Assembly: GCA_963835065.1 (NCBI GenBank)
Contig: CAWIEK010000051.1
Span: 32,001-96,000 of the forward strand
Length of the DNA: 64,000 nucleotides
DNA from: an uncultured Chthonomonadaceae bacterium
GTDB lineage: Bacteria > Armatimonadota > Chthonomonadetes > Chthonomonadales > Chthonomonadaceae
Direction: 5' to 3'
Shown: piece by piece, positions 30,203 through 40,273 of the stretch
Numbering within the stretch: the stretch's first letter is position 1
How the letters are laid out: each line of letters starts with the position of its first letter
Notes under the pieces: generated by a model
Databases searched by the model: none
What the model saw: only the letters and a program-made list of their open reading frames with translations
What the model was told of the DNA's origin: nothing
Translations under genes and position numbers: made by a program

Positions 30203-33200
30203 CTATGGATACACGCCTTTGTCGTAAAAGCGGATTTCGACGCGGTGTACGGATTTGGGGTTGCTCCCGGAACCGCCTGCCAACTCAATGCGGTTTGCCT
30301 CGCCGAACCGAACCATTGGCGTCACGTTGAAAACCGTTACCTGCTCCCGTATCTGTTCGCTGCGCTTCAGCAACTGGCCGTTGATGAGGAGGGAGAACCT
30401 GTCTCCCGTTGCCTCATAATAGATGACGACATTGCGGCCTTTGCGCGCGGCGTCAATCACCACATCGCGGCTCAGGAACATGCCCGTGAAGGTGCCGGGA
30501 ATCTGTACGTCACTCGTTTTGCGCAGCGGGTCGGCGTAGGCTGTCCACGTTCCCGCGAGGTCTTGTTGTTCGTGAGCATCCGGCAGATAGTACAGCCAGA
30601 TGGGGCCGTGTGAGCCGGTCAGCGTGGATTTGCCCTGTATGTCAAGGGCCAGCAGATGCGTGGTTCCCGGCTTGAGTATGCCGCCAAGCGCGTCGAAATA
30701 CGGCCCGTCCACGCTTTTCCGCCCGCCCTGCCACGCCGCGCCATCCACAAACAGCCGCGTGTCATAAGCAAACTGCGCGCCCGGAATATCGGCGCATAAC
30801 ACGATCTGCCCCGCCGTCCAGTGCGCGGGCACGGTGAATGTCCGGCGCAGCAAGTGGCGCTTCGCGGTTTTATCTCCCGGCGCAAGCCACAACCCCAACG
30901 GCCTCCGCTCCCACGCCTTATTGTCCACGCCCGGTTGCGCCAGCATTGCGGCCTGTTCGTCGCTTTGCCCCGCAATGTTTTTGTATGCCCAATTCTGCGT
31001 CAGATCAAGGGAAAAGCGCTGCATGTCGGAAGGAGTGGGCAGTTTTTTGGCCGGCGGCTTTACGGTTCCCTGCCACCAGTTGCGCTGCAATCGCAGCCAT
31101 TCCAGTGGGGAAGCCGTCACGTCCGCGCGGGGCGAAACCATCATGCGCGTCTGGCAGGGAGCCAGCGTAATGCCGGGCACTTTATCGCCGCGCGGGTCAC
31201 GAACCACTTCCAATTGCTGCCCGCTCACCACATCCGTCAGGCTTGCGGGGTGAACGTTGGGCAGGAAGGCCAGATCGGTTGCCATCGCGGTATCGGATTC
31301 GTTGAACAGAATCCAGATGTCGTGCAGGCCCGTGTTGCCGATGAAATGCCGCAGATGCAGACCGCGCTGTGGCGCAACCGCAGCGGGAACCCGGTCCGCA
31401 ACGCCGAAATGCCGCAGCAATGCGCTGATGAGCGCGACAAACCGCTCGTCCCGCAAGTCCACGCCGACATGAACGATCCAGCCTGCGCCAAGCGGCCTCA
31501 TGCCGACAGCGACCGCGCCATCCTCCCAAACGGCAAGCGCGCGGCAGTCGGGCGCAGCGGGTTTCAATGCAAGACCCGCCGCCCGCGTCTGGAGCGGCAA
31601 ATCGGCGGGCGTCAATATGTTCTGGCCGGGAACCGGCGACAGCGAACGACCCTCATTCCAATTCTGCTGCCGCGTCACTTCATACCCGCTCAGTTTGCAA
31701 ATAGGCCAGGCGTCCGGCTGTGTTGGCGTATGGCGTCCCGTTTGCCCATACGTGACGAACACGCCGCCCTGCCGCGCGAATGTTTCGATGCCGCCAATCA
31801 ACTCCTCGTCCATGAACACAGAATTGGAGTCAATAATCACGCGGTACTTGCTGACGACGGGCGTACCGAAGTCCTTTGCGCCAATCCCGTCACGCGGACA
31901 GTAGTTCAGCAAATGGCCTGCCGCGTTGAAGCCGGAATAGTAGCCGCCCTGACTGCCCGGTTCCGGCGTCCAGGGGAAGCCTGTCAGCCAGGCGTTTGGC
32001 GAACTGAACAGCACGGCAACGCGGGCAAACGGCGCATGGTACTTGCCGACCATCCGGTACATCGCCAGGTTCGTCTCGAACACTTTCAAAACTTCCGGGT
32101 TCCACGCGATTTCGCCCCAGTTTTGAAAATAATGGATGCCCGTAACGCCTTCAGTCAGCCAGCGTCCCCAAAATAATTGGAATTCGCGGGCGTTGGGCGC
32201 TCCATTACCCGCTTCGGCGGTAACGGGCAGGCCGACGCCGTTCATCAGCAGCGTGTTTTCTTCCGTCCAAAAACCCGCCATGCTGCCCGTGTCGTGGAAC
32301 CTGCCGCCGTAATCCTGACACGCTTTCTTGACCGGATCGGCGTAATCCGTCGCCGCCATGAAGTTGATGGAACTGTCCGGATCCACCTGCCGGATCATTT
32401 CCGCGCCCCGCTGTATCTGCGCCCCCCGCGATTGGATGTTCCATGCGACAAAATCTGCCCACTGCGCGTTTTTGTCCGCGCCGAGATGGGGGTACTGGCG
32501 CACGGGTTCTCTGGTCAGATAAGCGCGATAGCAGATCAGGGCGCGGGGCATTTGCAGGACAAGCGTATTCCGCCCCGGCTTCAGCGCGCCTGTCACGTCG
32601 AACTGACTCCAGTGCTGGTCATTCGCGCCGTGTGATTGCTCCTTGATGGCCTGCCCGTTCACATAAACAAGCGTCGCGTCCTGACTGCGGTTCGCCATGT
32701 CCCACACCACAAGCGTAACGGGCAATGAGGCATTTAGCCAATTTGCGGGAACGTCAAGGGTGCGGCGATAGACAAGCGGGCTGCGTTTCAAAAACAACAT
32801 GCGGTCATTGCCCGGCGCAATCAGTTCGTCCCATTCGCTGTCATCAAAATCGGGCTGATACCACTCTGTAGGAACGGGCGCAATAGGCGGCGGGGAGGGC
32901 AGATTTCGCGCTTCCCCTTCCGTGTACGCATGGCCGTTGGGCGCGGAAACGTACTTGACGCGCCATGCGCCGCGCAGGTCAAGGGCGTCCGGCCCAAATC
33001 CGGCAAAATCGGCGACTTCGGGCAGGCGAACCTCGTCCCACGATTTATAATGACCGTTATTTCCGTGCCAGCGTTCGGACAGCGCCTGCAATGTCTTGTA
33101 ACGCCCGCGCAGCCAGCCGCGCCAAACGTTTTCCGCATACGGCCCGGATTCCAGAAAGTATTTTTGCGGCGCTTCATACGTTTCGCCGTGCGGTTCCAGC

Positions 33201-34171
33201 CAGCCGACGATATTGGGGTCTTTGGCGAAGCGCCGCACCGTCTGCTGAAAAATGCCCAACAGCGCGTCTTCGGCCTCCTGCGACAGCCACGAAATCGCGC
33301 CCAGTCCGGCGGAATCATGGGCGACGCCGTAATAGCCGCCGATAAATTGCGGCGCTTTGAGCATCGTCTGTTCCCGGTAGCGGTTGGCAAGCCACTCCTG
33401 CGGCGGCGAAATCTGCGTGTTGATATGCACGGGGATGCCCTGCCTGCGCGCGTTTATCTGCATCCAGTCCCATGCCGGCTCGTTGGTCAGCCCTTCCGCG
33501 TAATCGTCCGCAAGGGGATTGGTCCACACGACAAGGCCGAGCGGCCCGTGATCCCGCGCGAATTTCAGCGCGTCGTCATAGTCGTAAGTTTGCGCCGAAT
33601 CGGACACGCCGGGTGGCAGGGCATCCGGGGCGAAATAGCACAGCAGGCCGTAACGATCCCAGCGATCCAGGTACATCGGAATCGGAACGCGGGGCCTAAA
33701 GTCCGCAGGGGTCACAATCGGAGGAACAGCCACATTCCACAGCCGCAGCAATGCGGCGTCGTCCACTGCGGTCAGGATCACAACCTCACGTCCGCGCGCA
33801 AAACAGACGACAAACTCGCCAGCCAGGGTAGTGCCAAAGGTGAAATTACGGCCTTTGTGGATGAGATGCCTCTTGCCCAGGATACGCAGGCGTTCCAGAT
33901 CGGACAGGTATTTGGCCTGCGTCAGCCGCGCCTTCTGCGCCGACTCGCAGGCGATATGCGTTACGGAAGCGCGTCCACTCTCCAGAACGCGAAACATGGC
34001 CGAAATCGCGCCGTACCCATGCAGGGTTGTGAGCGGCAGGGTGACAGTCGCGCCACTGCCGACAGGAACGGGGGAAGTTGCCGAAACCGCCACTTCCGCC
34101 GCCAATTCAAGTTCGCCAAGAGCGGCAATCGCAGTGGTTCGCGCCAAAAACGCGCGGCGTGACAGAGGCAT
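30203..34171 (-). CDS. Large Tat-type secreted glycoside hydrolase (GH42/beta-galactosidase-like with trimerisation and jelly-roll domains)
   Basis: MPLSRRAFL Tat motif; PNIVGW, WRGWLRGRYKTLQALSERW, QWADF, FARQGGVFV motifs. Confidence 0.75.
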   Translation of the reverse strand: MPLSRRAFLARTTAIAALGELELAAEVAVSATSPVPVGSGATVTLPLTTLHGYGAISAMFRVLESGRASVTHIACESAQKARLTQAKYLSDLERLRILGKRHLIHKGRNFTFGTTLAGEFVVCFARGREVVILTAVDDAALLRLWNVAVPPIVTPADFRPRVPIPMYLDRWDRYGLLCYFAPDALPPGVSDSAQTYDYDDALKFARDHGPLGLVVWTNPLADDYAEGLTNEPAWDWMQINARRQGIPVHINTQISPPQEWLANRYREQTMLKAPQFIGGYYGVAHDSAGLGAISWLSQEAEDALLGIFQQTVRRFAKDPNIVGWLEPHGETYEAPQKYFLESGPYAENVWRGWLRGRYKTLQALSERWHGNNGHYKSWDEVRLPEVADFAGFGPDALDLRGAWRVKYVSAPNGHAYTEGEARNLPSPPPIAPVPTEWYQPDFDDSEWDELIAPGNDRMLFLKRSPLVYRRTLDVPANWLNASLPVTLVVWDMANRSQDATLVYVNGQAIKEQSHGANDQHWSQFDVTGALKPGRNTLVLQMPRALICYRAYLTREPVRQYPHLGADKNAQWADFVAWNIQSRGAQIQRGAEMIRQVDPDSSINFMAATDYADPVKKACQDYGGRFHDTGSMAGFWTEENTLLMNGVGLPVTAEAGNGAPNAREFQLFWGRWLTEGVTGIHYFQNWGEIAWNPEVLKVFETNLAMYRMVGKYHAPFARVAVLFSSPNAWLTGFPWTPEPGSQGGYYSGFNAAGHLLNYCPRDGIGAKDFGTPVVSKYRVIIDSNSVFMDEELIGGIETFARQGGVFVTYGQTGRHTPTQPDAWPICKLSGYEVTRQQNWNEGRSLSPVPGQNILTPADLPLQTRAAGLALKPAAPDCRALAVWEDGAVAVGMRPLGAGWIVHVGVDLRDERFVALISALLRHFGVADRVPAAVAPQRGLHLRHFIGNTGLHDIWILFNESDTAMATDLAFLPNVHPASLTDVVSGQQLEVVRDPRGDKVPGITLAPCQTRMMVSPRADVTASPLEWLRLQRNWWQGTVKPPAKKLPTPSDMQRFSLDLTQNWAYKNIAGQSDEQAAMLAQPGVDNKAWERRPLGLWLAPGDKTAKRHLLRRTFTVPAHWTAGQIVLCADIPGAQFAYDTRLFVDGAAWQGGRKSVDGPYFDALGGILKPGTTHLLALDIQGKSTLTGSHGPIWLYYLPDAHEQQDLAGTWTAYADPLRKTSDVQIPGTFTGMFLSRDVVIDAARKGRNVVIYYEATGDRFSLLINGQLLKRSEQIREQVTVFNVTPMVRFGEANRIELAGGSGSNPKSVHRVEIRFYDKGVYP

Positions 34172-34335
34172 TTGTTGTTTGTCCTTATCTTCCAGTTCCG
34201 CGCCCTTGCTGTCTCGGTGAAAACGTCGTGGAAGCCAGAAGCCCCGAAAGCGCTTATCTTCAGGAACACTATTCACCATTCGAGCAGGATTGTACTGCCT
34301 GAATCCCATATTCGGTTCGCGGGGAAGAAAAAACA

Positions 34336-34364
34336 TTGACAAGGCGCGCGGACTGTGTTATAAT
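34336..34364 (+). promoter_or_regulatory. Consensus sigma70 promoter of the lacI-family gene
   Basis: TTGACA-17 nt-TATAAT with extended TG. Confidence 0.85.
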
Positions 34365-34371
34365 CCGGTCA

Positions 34372-34417
34372 TTATATCGTTAAAGCAGCGGAATTTCTCG
34401 TTTGTTTAACGATAAAA
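34372..34417. promoter_or_regulatory. Two putative LacI-family operators
   Basis: TATCGTTAAA (34375-34384) and its reverse complement TTTAACGATA (34405-34414); both CG-centred and AT-flanked. Confidence 0.6.
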
Positions 34418-34446
34418 CGGCATGAACGCGGAAGGAAGCAACGGCT

Positions 34447-35445
34447 TTGCGCAGAACGAACTCGGTGAAGATGAAGGATGTGGCGGAACGGGCGGGCGTC
34501 AGCGCCATGACCGTCTCGCTGGCCCTCGGCGGTTCGCCGCGCATTACCGAGGAAACGCGACGGCGCGTTTTGGAAGTGGTCAAGGAACTGCAATACTCCC
34601 CCAATGCGCGCGGGCGCGCGCTCCGTTCCGGCTTTACTAACATCATCGGCCTGTATGCGGGCTTTGGCTCCGTCAACGTGCGCCTGCCCTTTTATACGGA
34701 AGTGGTGAGCGGCCTGCAGGAGGGGTGCGAACAGGTGAAGAAAGACCTGCTGCTGCACGGCATCTTTCACGGCGGGGATGCCGCCGACATTTTTACGGAA
34801 CTGGCGGATGGCAGAATTGACGGGCTGGTGGTCAACATGCCGCAGGACAATCCCCTCGCGGCGCGACTGGCCGAATCCGGTTTCCCCGTCGTCGCCATTG
34901 CCGATCCTCTGTTTCATATCCCGTCCGTGATGGTAAACGATGCGGAAGGTTCGCGCCTGCTTGTGGAGCATTTGCAGCAGCGCGGACACCGGCGCGCGGC
35001 GTACCTGAGCAGCCCGGCGCGTCCCATTTCCGCCGTGCGCCGCCATGAAGCGTTTATGCAAACCGCCGCCCAATGCGGCATTGCAGTGGAAGAAGTCTGC
35101 TATGACGGCGAGGCAGGCCGAAACCATCCGTTCGCGCTGAATTTACTGCGGCGCGACCCCGCCCATCGCCCGACTGCGATTGCCTGCTGGAACGACCAGA
35201 CCGCTTATGAAATGCTTTCCGAATGTGAGCGTCACGGCGTCCGCGTACCCGATGATGTGGCTGTCGTGGGCTTCGATGGAACCTCCACGGTGTATGGAAG
35301 CCGAGGTTCGCTCACGACCATTCGCGCGCCCTGGGCGGAAGTGGCGCGCACCGCCGTTTTGTACCTCGATCATCTGCTGAAAGGAGAACCGGTTCCCCAA
35401 GAGACCGTACTGCCCATTGAATTTGTTCAGGGGCATACCACTTGA
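34447..35445 (+). CDS. LacI-family transcriptional regulator
   Basis: [39 protein letters not shown]. Confidence 0.95.
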   Translation: MRRTNSVKMKDVAERAGVSAMTVSLALGGSPRITEETRRRVLEVVKELQYSPNARGRALRSGFTNIIGLYAGFGSVNVRLPFYTEVVSGLQEGCEQVKKDLLLHGIFHGGDAADIFTELADGRIDGLVVNMPQDNPLAARLAESGFPVVAIADPLFHIPSVMVNDAEGSRLLVEHLQQRGHRRAAYLSSPARPISAVRRHEAFMQTAAQCGIAVEEVCYDGEAGRNHPFALNLLRRDPAHRPTAIACWNDQTAYEMLSECERHGVRVPDDVAVVGFDGTSTVYGSRGSLTTIRAPWAEVARTAVLYLDHLLKGEPVPQETVLPIEFVQGHTT

Positions 35446-35448
35446 TAC

Positions 35449-35563
35449 TGAATACGTGGGTGTTCCGGTGTTCGGGTATTCAGGGAATACAAAAGTGCCA
35501 GCGTATAGTTTACGCAACAAGGCCAACACCCGAACACCGGAACACCCGAACACCCGAATACCT
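35449..35563. repeat. Inverted clusters of CCGAACAC-like 8-mers
   Basis: gggtgttccggtgttcgggtatt pairs with aacacccgaacaccggaacaccc. Confidence 0.75.
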
Positions 35564-35584
35564 GCCACCGAAGGAGGGTTTGCT

Positions 35585-36394
35585 ATGCAGCGACGCAAAG
35601 GATTTACACTGATCGAACTGCTCGTCGTGATTGCCATCATTGCGATCTTGGCGGCTATATTGTTCCCCGTGTTCGCGCAGGCGCGTTCCAAAGCGCGTCA
35701 GGCCAGTGACTTGAGCAACATGAAGCAGTTGGGAACGGCGATGCTGATGTACGTGCAGGATTACGACGAACATTATAATCCGACGGGCAACGGCAACGGC
35801 GCGATTTGCCCCGGCGAACCCAGCGCATCCTGGGACCTCTGGCCCGCGCTGCTGTACCCGTATGTCAAAAACGGACAGGTGTTCATTTCGCCGCAGTTCA
35901 AGGCCGAAGACAACCTTTACGGGACAACCTGGTACTGCCACGCGCACCTCCAGCCCATGCTCCTTAGCGGCAAATTCTACGTGTCCTACATGATGAACAG
36001 CTTTGAAACGTGGAGCTGGCAAGGCGGCACGGTCTGGAAGAACGCCGGGGATCATTACGGCTTCCGCTACAACCCGCAGGACGCGGTTGGGCTGGCGCAG
36101 GTTTCGCAGCCGGCAAGCACCATTCTGCTGACCAACGGCATTTATACGGACATCGGCTGGGAACCCTTCACCGACTATTACGCGCAGGGCACTCCGAACA
36201 CGCCGGGCGTCACGTATGTCGGCAAGGACTACACCGCCAAAACCGCGCAGCAGGGCGGCCCGTTCGCGGAGCGCGTCAATCTTACCTGGGCCGATGGACA
36301 CGCCGGCTCCCGCAGGTGGGGAACCCTGAATCCCGGCCTGTGGATCGTTCAGGACGATAAGGACGCCTGGACCAATCCCTACGTCGGGCACTGA
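35585..36394 (+). CDS. Prepilin-type N-terminal cleavage/methylation protein with DUF1559 and a C-terminal ADGH motif
   Basis: [60 protein letters not shown]. Confidence 0.93.
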   Translation: MQRRKGFTLIELLVVIAIIAILAAILFPVFAQARSKARQASDLSNMKQLGTAMLMYVQDYDEHYNPTGNGNGAICPGEPSASWDLWPALLYPYVKNGQVFISPQFKAEDNLYGTTWYCHAHLQPMLLSGKFYVSYMMNSFETWSWQGGTVWKNAGDHYGFRYNPQDAVGLAQVSQPASTILLTNGIYTDIGWEPFTDYYAQGTPNTPGVTYVGKDYTAKTAQQGGPFAERVNLTWADGHAGSRRWGTLNPGLWIVQDDKDAWTNPYVGH

Positions 36395-36451
36395 TAGTCT
36401 CACATTCCTCAAGTCTCAAACTTTCGGGTCGCAAACTTTCAAGGAGTACCC

Positions 36452-36673
36452 ATGATGCGCGTTGAAATCTCTCGAAGATGCGGGGTTTTTGCCCTCCTGC
36501 TTGCCACAAGCCTGCTGTGCCCCGGATGCGGCGGCAAGGGCGCGGGCGATACGGTTCCTTCGCCGCCGCGGGAACTCGTGGACAAAAGCTTTCATCCGCC
36601 CACAAATGGAGGCCCGCCCATGCCTGCGCCTGCCACATCCGGCAAATCCGCGCCGACGTCCGCCGGAAAGTAA
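36452..36673 (+). CDS. Small Pro-rich lipoprotein
   Basis: AAGGAG RBS; hydrophobic stretch ending CPGCGG. Confidence 0.6.
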   Translation: MMRVEISRRCGVFALLLATSLLCPGCGGKGAGDTVPSPPRELVDKSFHPPTNGGPPMPAPATSGKSAPTSAGK

Positions 36674-36738
36674 GGGACGCGCGACTGCTCTTTTTCCCAA
36701 CCCTCCTCTCAACTTTGGGAGGAGGGAACAATTCTATT

Positions 36739-37938
36739 ATGACCCTCTTTATAAACAATTTTCTGCTGCTTAAACTGCTCGCTTCACATTTTGTTGCCGT
36801 CGCGCTTCTGGCGGCTGTGGCGGGCATAGCAGTAACGGCTTCCCTGCCTGCCAAAGCGGACGAACCTCCACACAGCTTTCTTGCGGGCGCGGACTGTTCG
36901 CATGTGGGCTTCTTCGAGGCGCTTGGCAAAACTTACCGCGAAGATGGCGTTGTTGCCGATCCTTTTCTTATTTTGAAGCGGGACGGCATCAATTGTGTGC
37001 GCCTGCGGCTTTTTACGGGCAGTGATGAGTACGCGAAGCAGGATTCCTACAACACCATCAATAATCTGACGTACACGGTTCCCCTGGCCGCGCGGGTGAA
37101 GAAAACCGGTTTGCAGTTCCTGCTGGATTTTCACTATTCCGACACCTGGGCCGACCCCGACAAGCAGGCCAAACCCGCCGCGTGGAAGGAATTATCCTTC
37201 GACCAACTGGAACAGCGTTTGTTCGAGTACAATCGGGACTGTATCGCCGCTTTTAAGAAGGCGGGGGCGATGCCGGATTACGTGCAGGTGGGCAATGAAA
37301 TCACGCCGGGAATGTTGTGGCCGGACGGGAAAGTGGGCGGCAAGTTCGACACGCCGGAGCAGTGGCAGAAATTGGGACGCCTGCTGAAAGCCGCCATTCG
37401 GGGCATTACGGAAGCCGCCGGGAGCGACATGCCCAAACTGGTCATTCACATTGACCGGGGCGGCGATTGGAAGGCGACGCAGTGGTTTTTCGACCATTTG
37501 CGGGAACAGCAGGTGCCGTTCGACATCATCGGCGAAAGCTACTATCCCTTCTGGCACGGCAGTCTCGAAGCCTTACAAACCTGCCTGGTCAATGCCGCGC
37601 AACGCTACCAAAAGCCGGTCATGGTTGCCGAAACCGCCTTTCCCTGGGACACGAAATCGCGGGGCGACAAGGCGATTGTCGGGATTATGCCGGGCAGGGA
37701 AGGCCAAGTCCAATTCATGGAGAAGCTGGCGGCGATTGTGAAGGGTGTGCCGAACGGCAGGGGAATGGGCATCTTCTACTGGGCGGCGGAGTTTCAGCCG
37801 CTTGCCGGCACCGGCCTTGCGGGTTTTGAGAACAGTTCCTTCTTTGATGAGGACGGCAACGCCCTGCCCGTCCTCAAAGCGTTCGGGCAGCTTTCCAAAC
37901 CGACTTCCGTTTCCGGCAAATCCTTACCCGGCAAGTGA
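36739..37938 (+). CDS. Arabinogalactan endo-beta-1,4-galactanase (GH53)
   Basis: VRLRLF, LLDFHYSDTWADP, VQVGNE, SYYPFWHG, VAET, GIFYW motifs. Confidence 0.95.
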   Translation: MTLFINNFLLLKLLASHFVAVALLAAVAGIAVTASLPAKADEPPHSFLAGADCSHVGFFEALGKTYREDGVVADPFLILKRDGINCVRLRLFTGSDEYAKQDSYNTINNLTYTVPLAARVKKTGLQFLLDFHYSDTWADPDKQAKPAAWKELSFDQLEQRLFEYNRDCIAAFKKAGAMPDYVQVGNEITPGMLWPDGKVGGKFDTPEQWQKLGRLLKAAIRGITEAAGSDMPKLVIHIDRGGDWKATQWFFDHLREQQVPFDIIGESYYPFWHGSLEALQTCLVNAAQRYQKPVMVAETAFPWDTKSRGDKAIVGIMPGREGQVQFMEKLAAIVKGVPNGRGMGIFYWAAEFQPLAGTGLAGFENSSFFDEDGNALPVLKAFGQLSKPTSVSGKSLPGK

Positions 37939-37959
37939 ACATAACTCGGAATAATTTCT

Positions 37960-39360
37960 ATGCGATTGAAATGGTTCGGCGCAGGCATAATTCTCTTTTG
38001 CGGCGTCCTGCTGTGTCTACGGCTTCTGCGGCCTGGATTGCCTGCTGCAGACGGGGCTGCGTCCGGTCTGTCGGATGTTCCGGCGGGGCGTCTGCAAGGC
38101 GCGATTACGGTTTGGAGCTGGAACACGGCGGCCAAAAGCCTGCAAAAATTGGCTCCGGTCTTTGAGGGGAAACAGCCTGCCGTCAAGGTCAATGTGGATA
38201 TGACGGGAGCGCGGATGCAAACGCGGCTGATGCTGTCGCTCGCCTCCGGGGTGGGAGCGCCCGATGTGTCGCAGTTTGAACTCACGGACGCGCCGCGCTA
38301 TATCGCCACAGGTCGCCTGACCGACCTGACGCCGGTTGCGGCCAAATATAAAAGTCTATTTCCCGCGTCGCTGTGGGACAACTGCACGTGGAAGGGGCGC
38401 GTATACGCTATCCCCTGGGACATCGGCCCCTGCGCCGTTTTTTACAAGTGCGACCTGTTCCGGCGGTATGGCATTGACCCGGCCAAAATCGAAACGTGGG
38501 ACGATTACATCAAGGCCGGGAAAGAGATTTTGCGCAGATCGGGCGGACACACCAAGATGCTGCCGCTCGGCTCCAACTCCCTGCGCCCGATGTTTGAGAT
38601 GCTGATTCAGCAGAGCGGCGGGCAAGTGTTCGACGATCAGGGGCGCATTGCCATCAATTCCCCGCAAACCCGGCAGGCATTATCCATTCTCCAGAAGATG
38701 CGCGGGGCAGGCATCTGTTCCGATATTGCGCTGTGGAGTCAGGAGTTTCTCGCGGGGCTGAACGACGAGAGCATTGCCACTTATCCCATCGCCATCTGGT
38801 TCGCCGGGACGATCAAGGACACGGTTAAGGATTACGCGGGCAAAAAAGCCGAATGGGGCGTGTTCCGCCTGCCTGCCATCACTTCGGGCGGGCTGCGTGT
38901 CGCCAATCTGGGCGGCTCCGTCCTGGTCATTCCCGCGCAGTGCCGCAACAAAGCGGCGGCATGGGCGTTCGTGGAATATGCGCTGTGTACGCGGGAAGGC
39001 CAGATCGCGCAATATCGCAACATGAGCCTGTTTCCCGCGTTTTTGCCCGCCATGCAGAGCCGGGATTTGGACGAGCCGGACCCGTTTTTCGGCGGGCAGC
39101 GCATCGTCCGGCTGTTCGCAACGGACGTGACCAAAATCACGCGGCTGAACCGGACACCGGCCTGGGGCGAAGCGATCCGCTATCTGGATCAGGAACTCAG
39201 CCATTGGGCGGCAAGCGGAATGGCAAGTGAGGGCTTTTTTGAGAACCTGGAGCAGAAAATGCAGCATCGGCTCGGCTTGCCGCTTGCGCCCCAACCGCCT
39301 GCCGCGCCCCCACTTGTTCCCAATAGCGGACTTGTTCCCACTGCCGGGAGGCTGCCATGA
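37960..39360 (+). CDS. Sugar ABC transporter substrate-binding protein
   Basis: ITVWSW, APDV, YAIPWD, TWDDY, LGGS motifs. Confidence 0.92.
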   Translation: MRLKWFGAGIILFCGVLLCLRLLRPGLPAADGAASGLSDVPAGRLQGAITVWSWNTAAKSLQKLAPVFEGKQPAVKVNVDMTGARMQTRLMLSLASGVGAPDVSQFELTDAPRYIATGRLTDLTPVAAKYKSLFPASLWDNCTWKGRVYAIPWDIGPCAVFYKCDLFRRYGIDPAKIETWDDYIKAGKEILRRSGGHTKMLPLGSNSLRPMFEMLIQQSGGQVFDDQGRIAINSPQTRQALSILQKMRGAGICSDIALWSQEFLAGLNDESIATYPIAIWFAGTIKDTVKDYAGKKAEWGVFRLPAITSGGLRVANLGGSVLVIPAQCRNKAAAWAFVEYALCTREGQIAQYRNMSLFPAFLPAMQSRDLDEPDPFFGGQRIVRLFATDVTKITRLNRTPAWGEAIRYLDQELSHWAASGMASEGFFENLEQKMQHRLGLPLAPQPPAAPPLVPNSGLVPTAGRLP

Positions 39361-40271
39361 ATCCCATCCCGAACAGCAGGGACTTGTGGCGCTACCGCCA
39401 TTTCTATCTGTTTGTCGCGCCCTTCTTCGTGCTTTTCGGCGTGTTCGGCCTGTACCCGCTCCTGTTTTCGCTGTATCTCAGCTTCACGCAATGGGACGGC
39501 ATGACCGCGATGCAGTGGGTCGGGCTGTCCAACTTCCGGGCGATGCTCAATGACGAAATCCTCTGGCGGGCGCTGTGGAACACGGTCACAATCGGCCTGC
39601 TGTACGTGCCGCTGATGATGATTCTGGCGTTTCTGTTTGCGCAGGCGCTCAACACGCAATGGCTGAAAATGCGGGCGTTGTACCGCGCGGCGTTTTTCCT
39701 GCCCTGCGTCACGCCGATGGCGGTTATCGCCGTCGTTTTCGGCCTGATTTTCAGTGCGGAAAAAGGCGTTCTGAACTACGTTTTGCAGCAAGTGAACCAT
39801 CTGCTGCCGTTTTTGCATTTGCAGCCGATTCCCTGGCTCACGAGTGAAGCCTGGTCGAAAGTGGCGGTCGCTATTCTGGTGGTGTGGCGCTGGACAGGCT
39901 ACAATATGGTGCTGATGCTAGCGGGCTTGCAGGGGATACCGGGCGAGTATTATGAGGCGGCGGAAGTGGACGGCGCTTCGTCGTGGCAGCGCGTGGCGCA
40001 TATCACGCTGCCCTTAATGCGGCCCACGTTCCGCTTTTGCGGGCTGCTGTCGCTGCTTGGAACGATTTATATGTTCGATGAGATTTTCGTGCTTACGGGC
40101 GGCGGTCCGGGAACCTCTTCCACCAACATCGGCATGTACCTGTTCAACATTTCCTTCAACGATTTCCGCTTCGGCTACGCTTCCTGCGTGGGCTATACGG
40201 TCGCAACGGTTGTGTTTGCGGGTACGCTGCTGGCGTCGCGCCGCAATCGCCGGGAAGGGAAAACGGACTAG
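39357..40271 (+). CDS. Carbohydrate ABC transporter permease
   Basis: EAA loop YEAAEVDGAS; ITLPLM; TGGGP. Confidence 0.95.
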   Translation: MNPIPNSRDLWRYRHFYLFVAPFFVLFGVFGLYPLLFSLYLSFTQWDGMTAMQWVGLSNFRAMLNDEILWRALWNTVTIGLLYVPLMMILAFLFAQALNTQWLKMRALYRAAFFLPCVTPMAVIAVVFGLIFSAEKGVLNYVLQQVNHLLPFLHLQPIPWLTSEAWSKVAVAILVVWRWTGYNMVLMLAGLQGIPGEYYEAAEVDGASSWQRVAHITLPLMRPTFRFCGLLSLLGTIYMFDEIFVLTGGGPGTSSTNIGMYLFNISFNDFRFGYASCVGYTVATVVFAGTLLASRRNRREGKTD

Positions 40272-40273
40272 CG

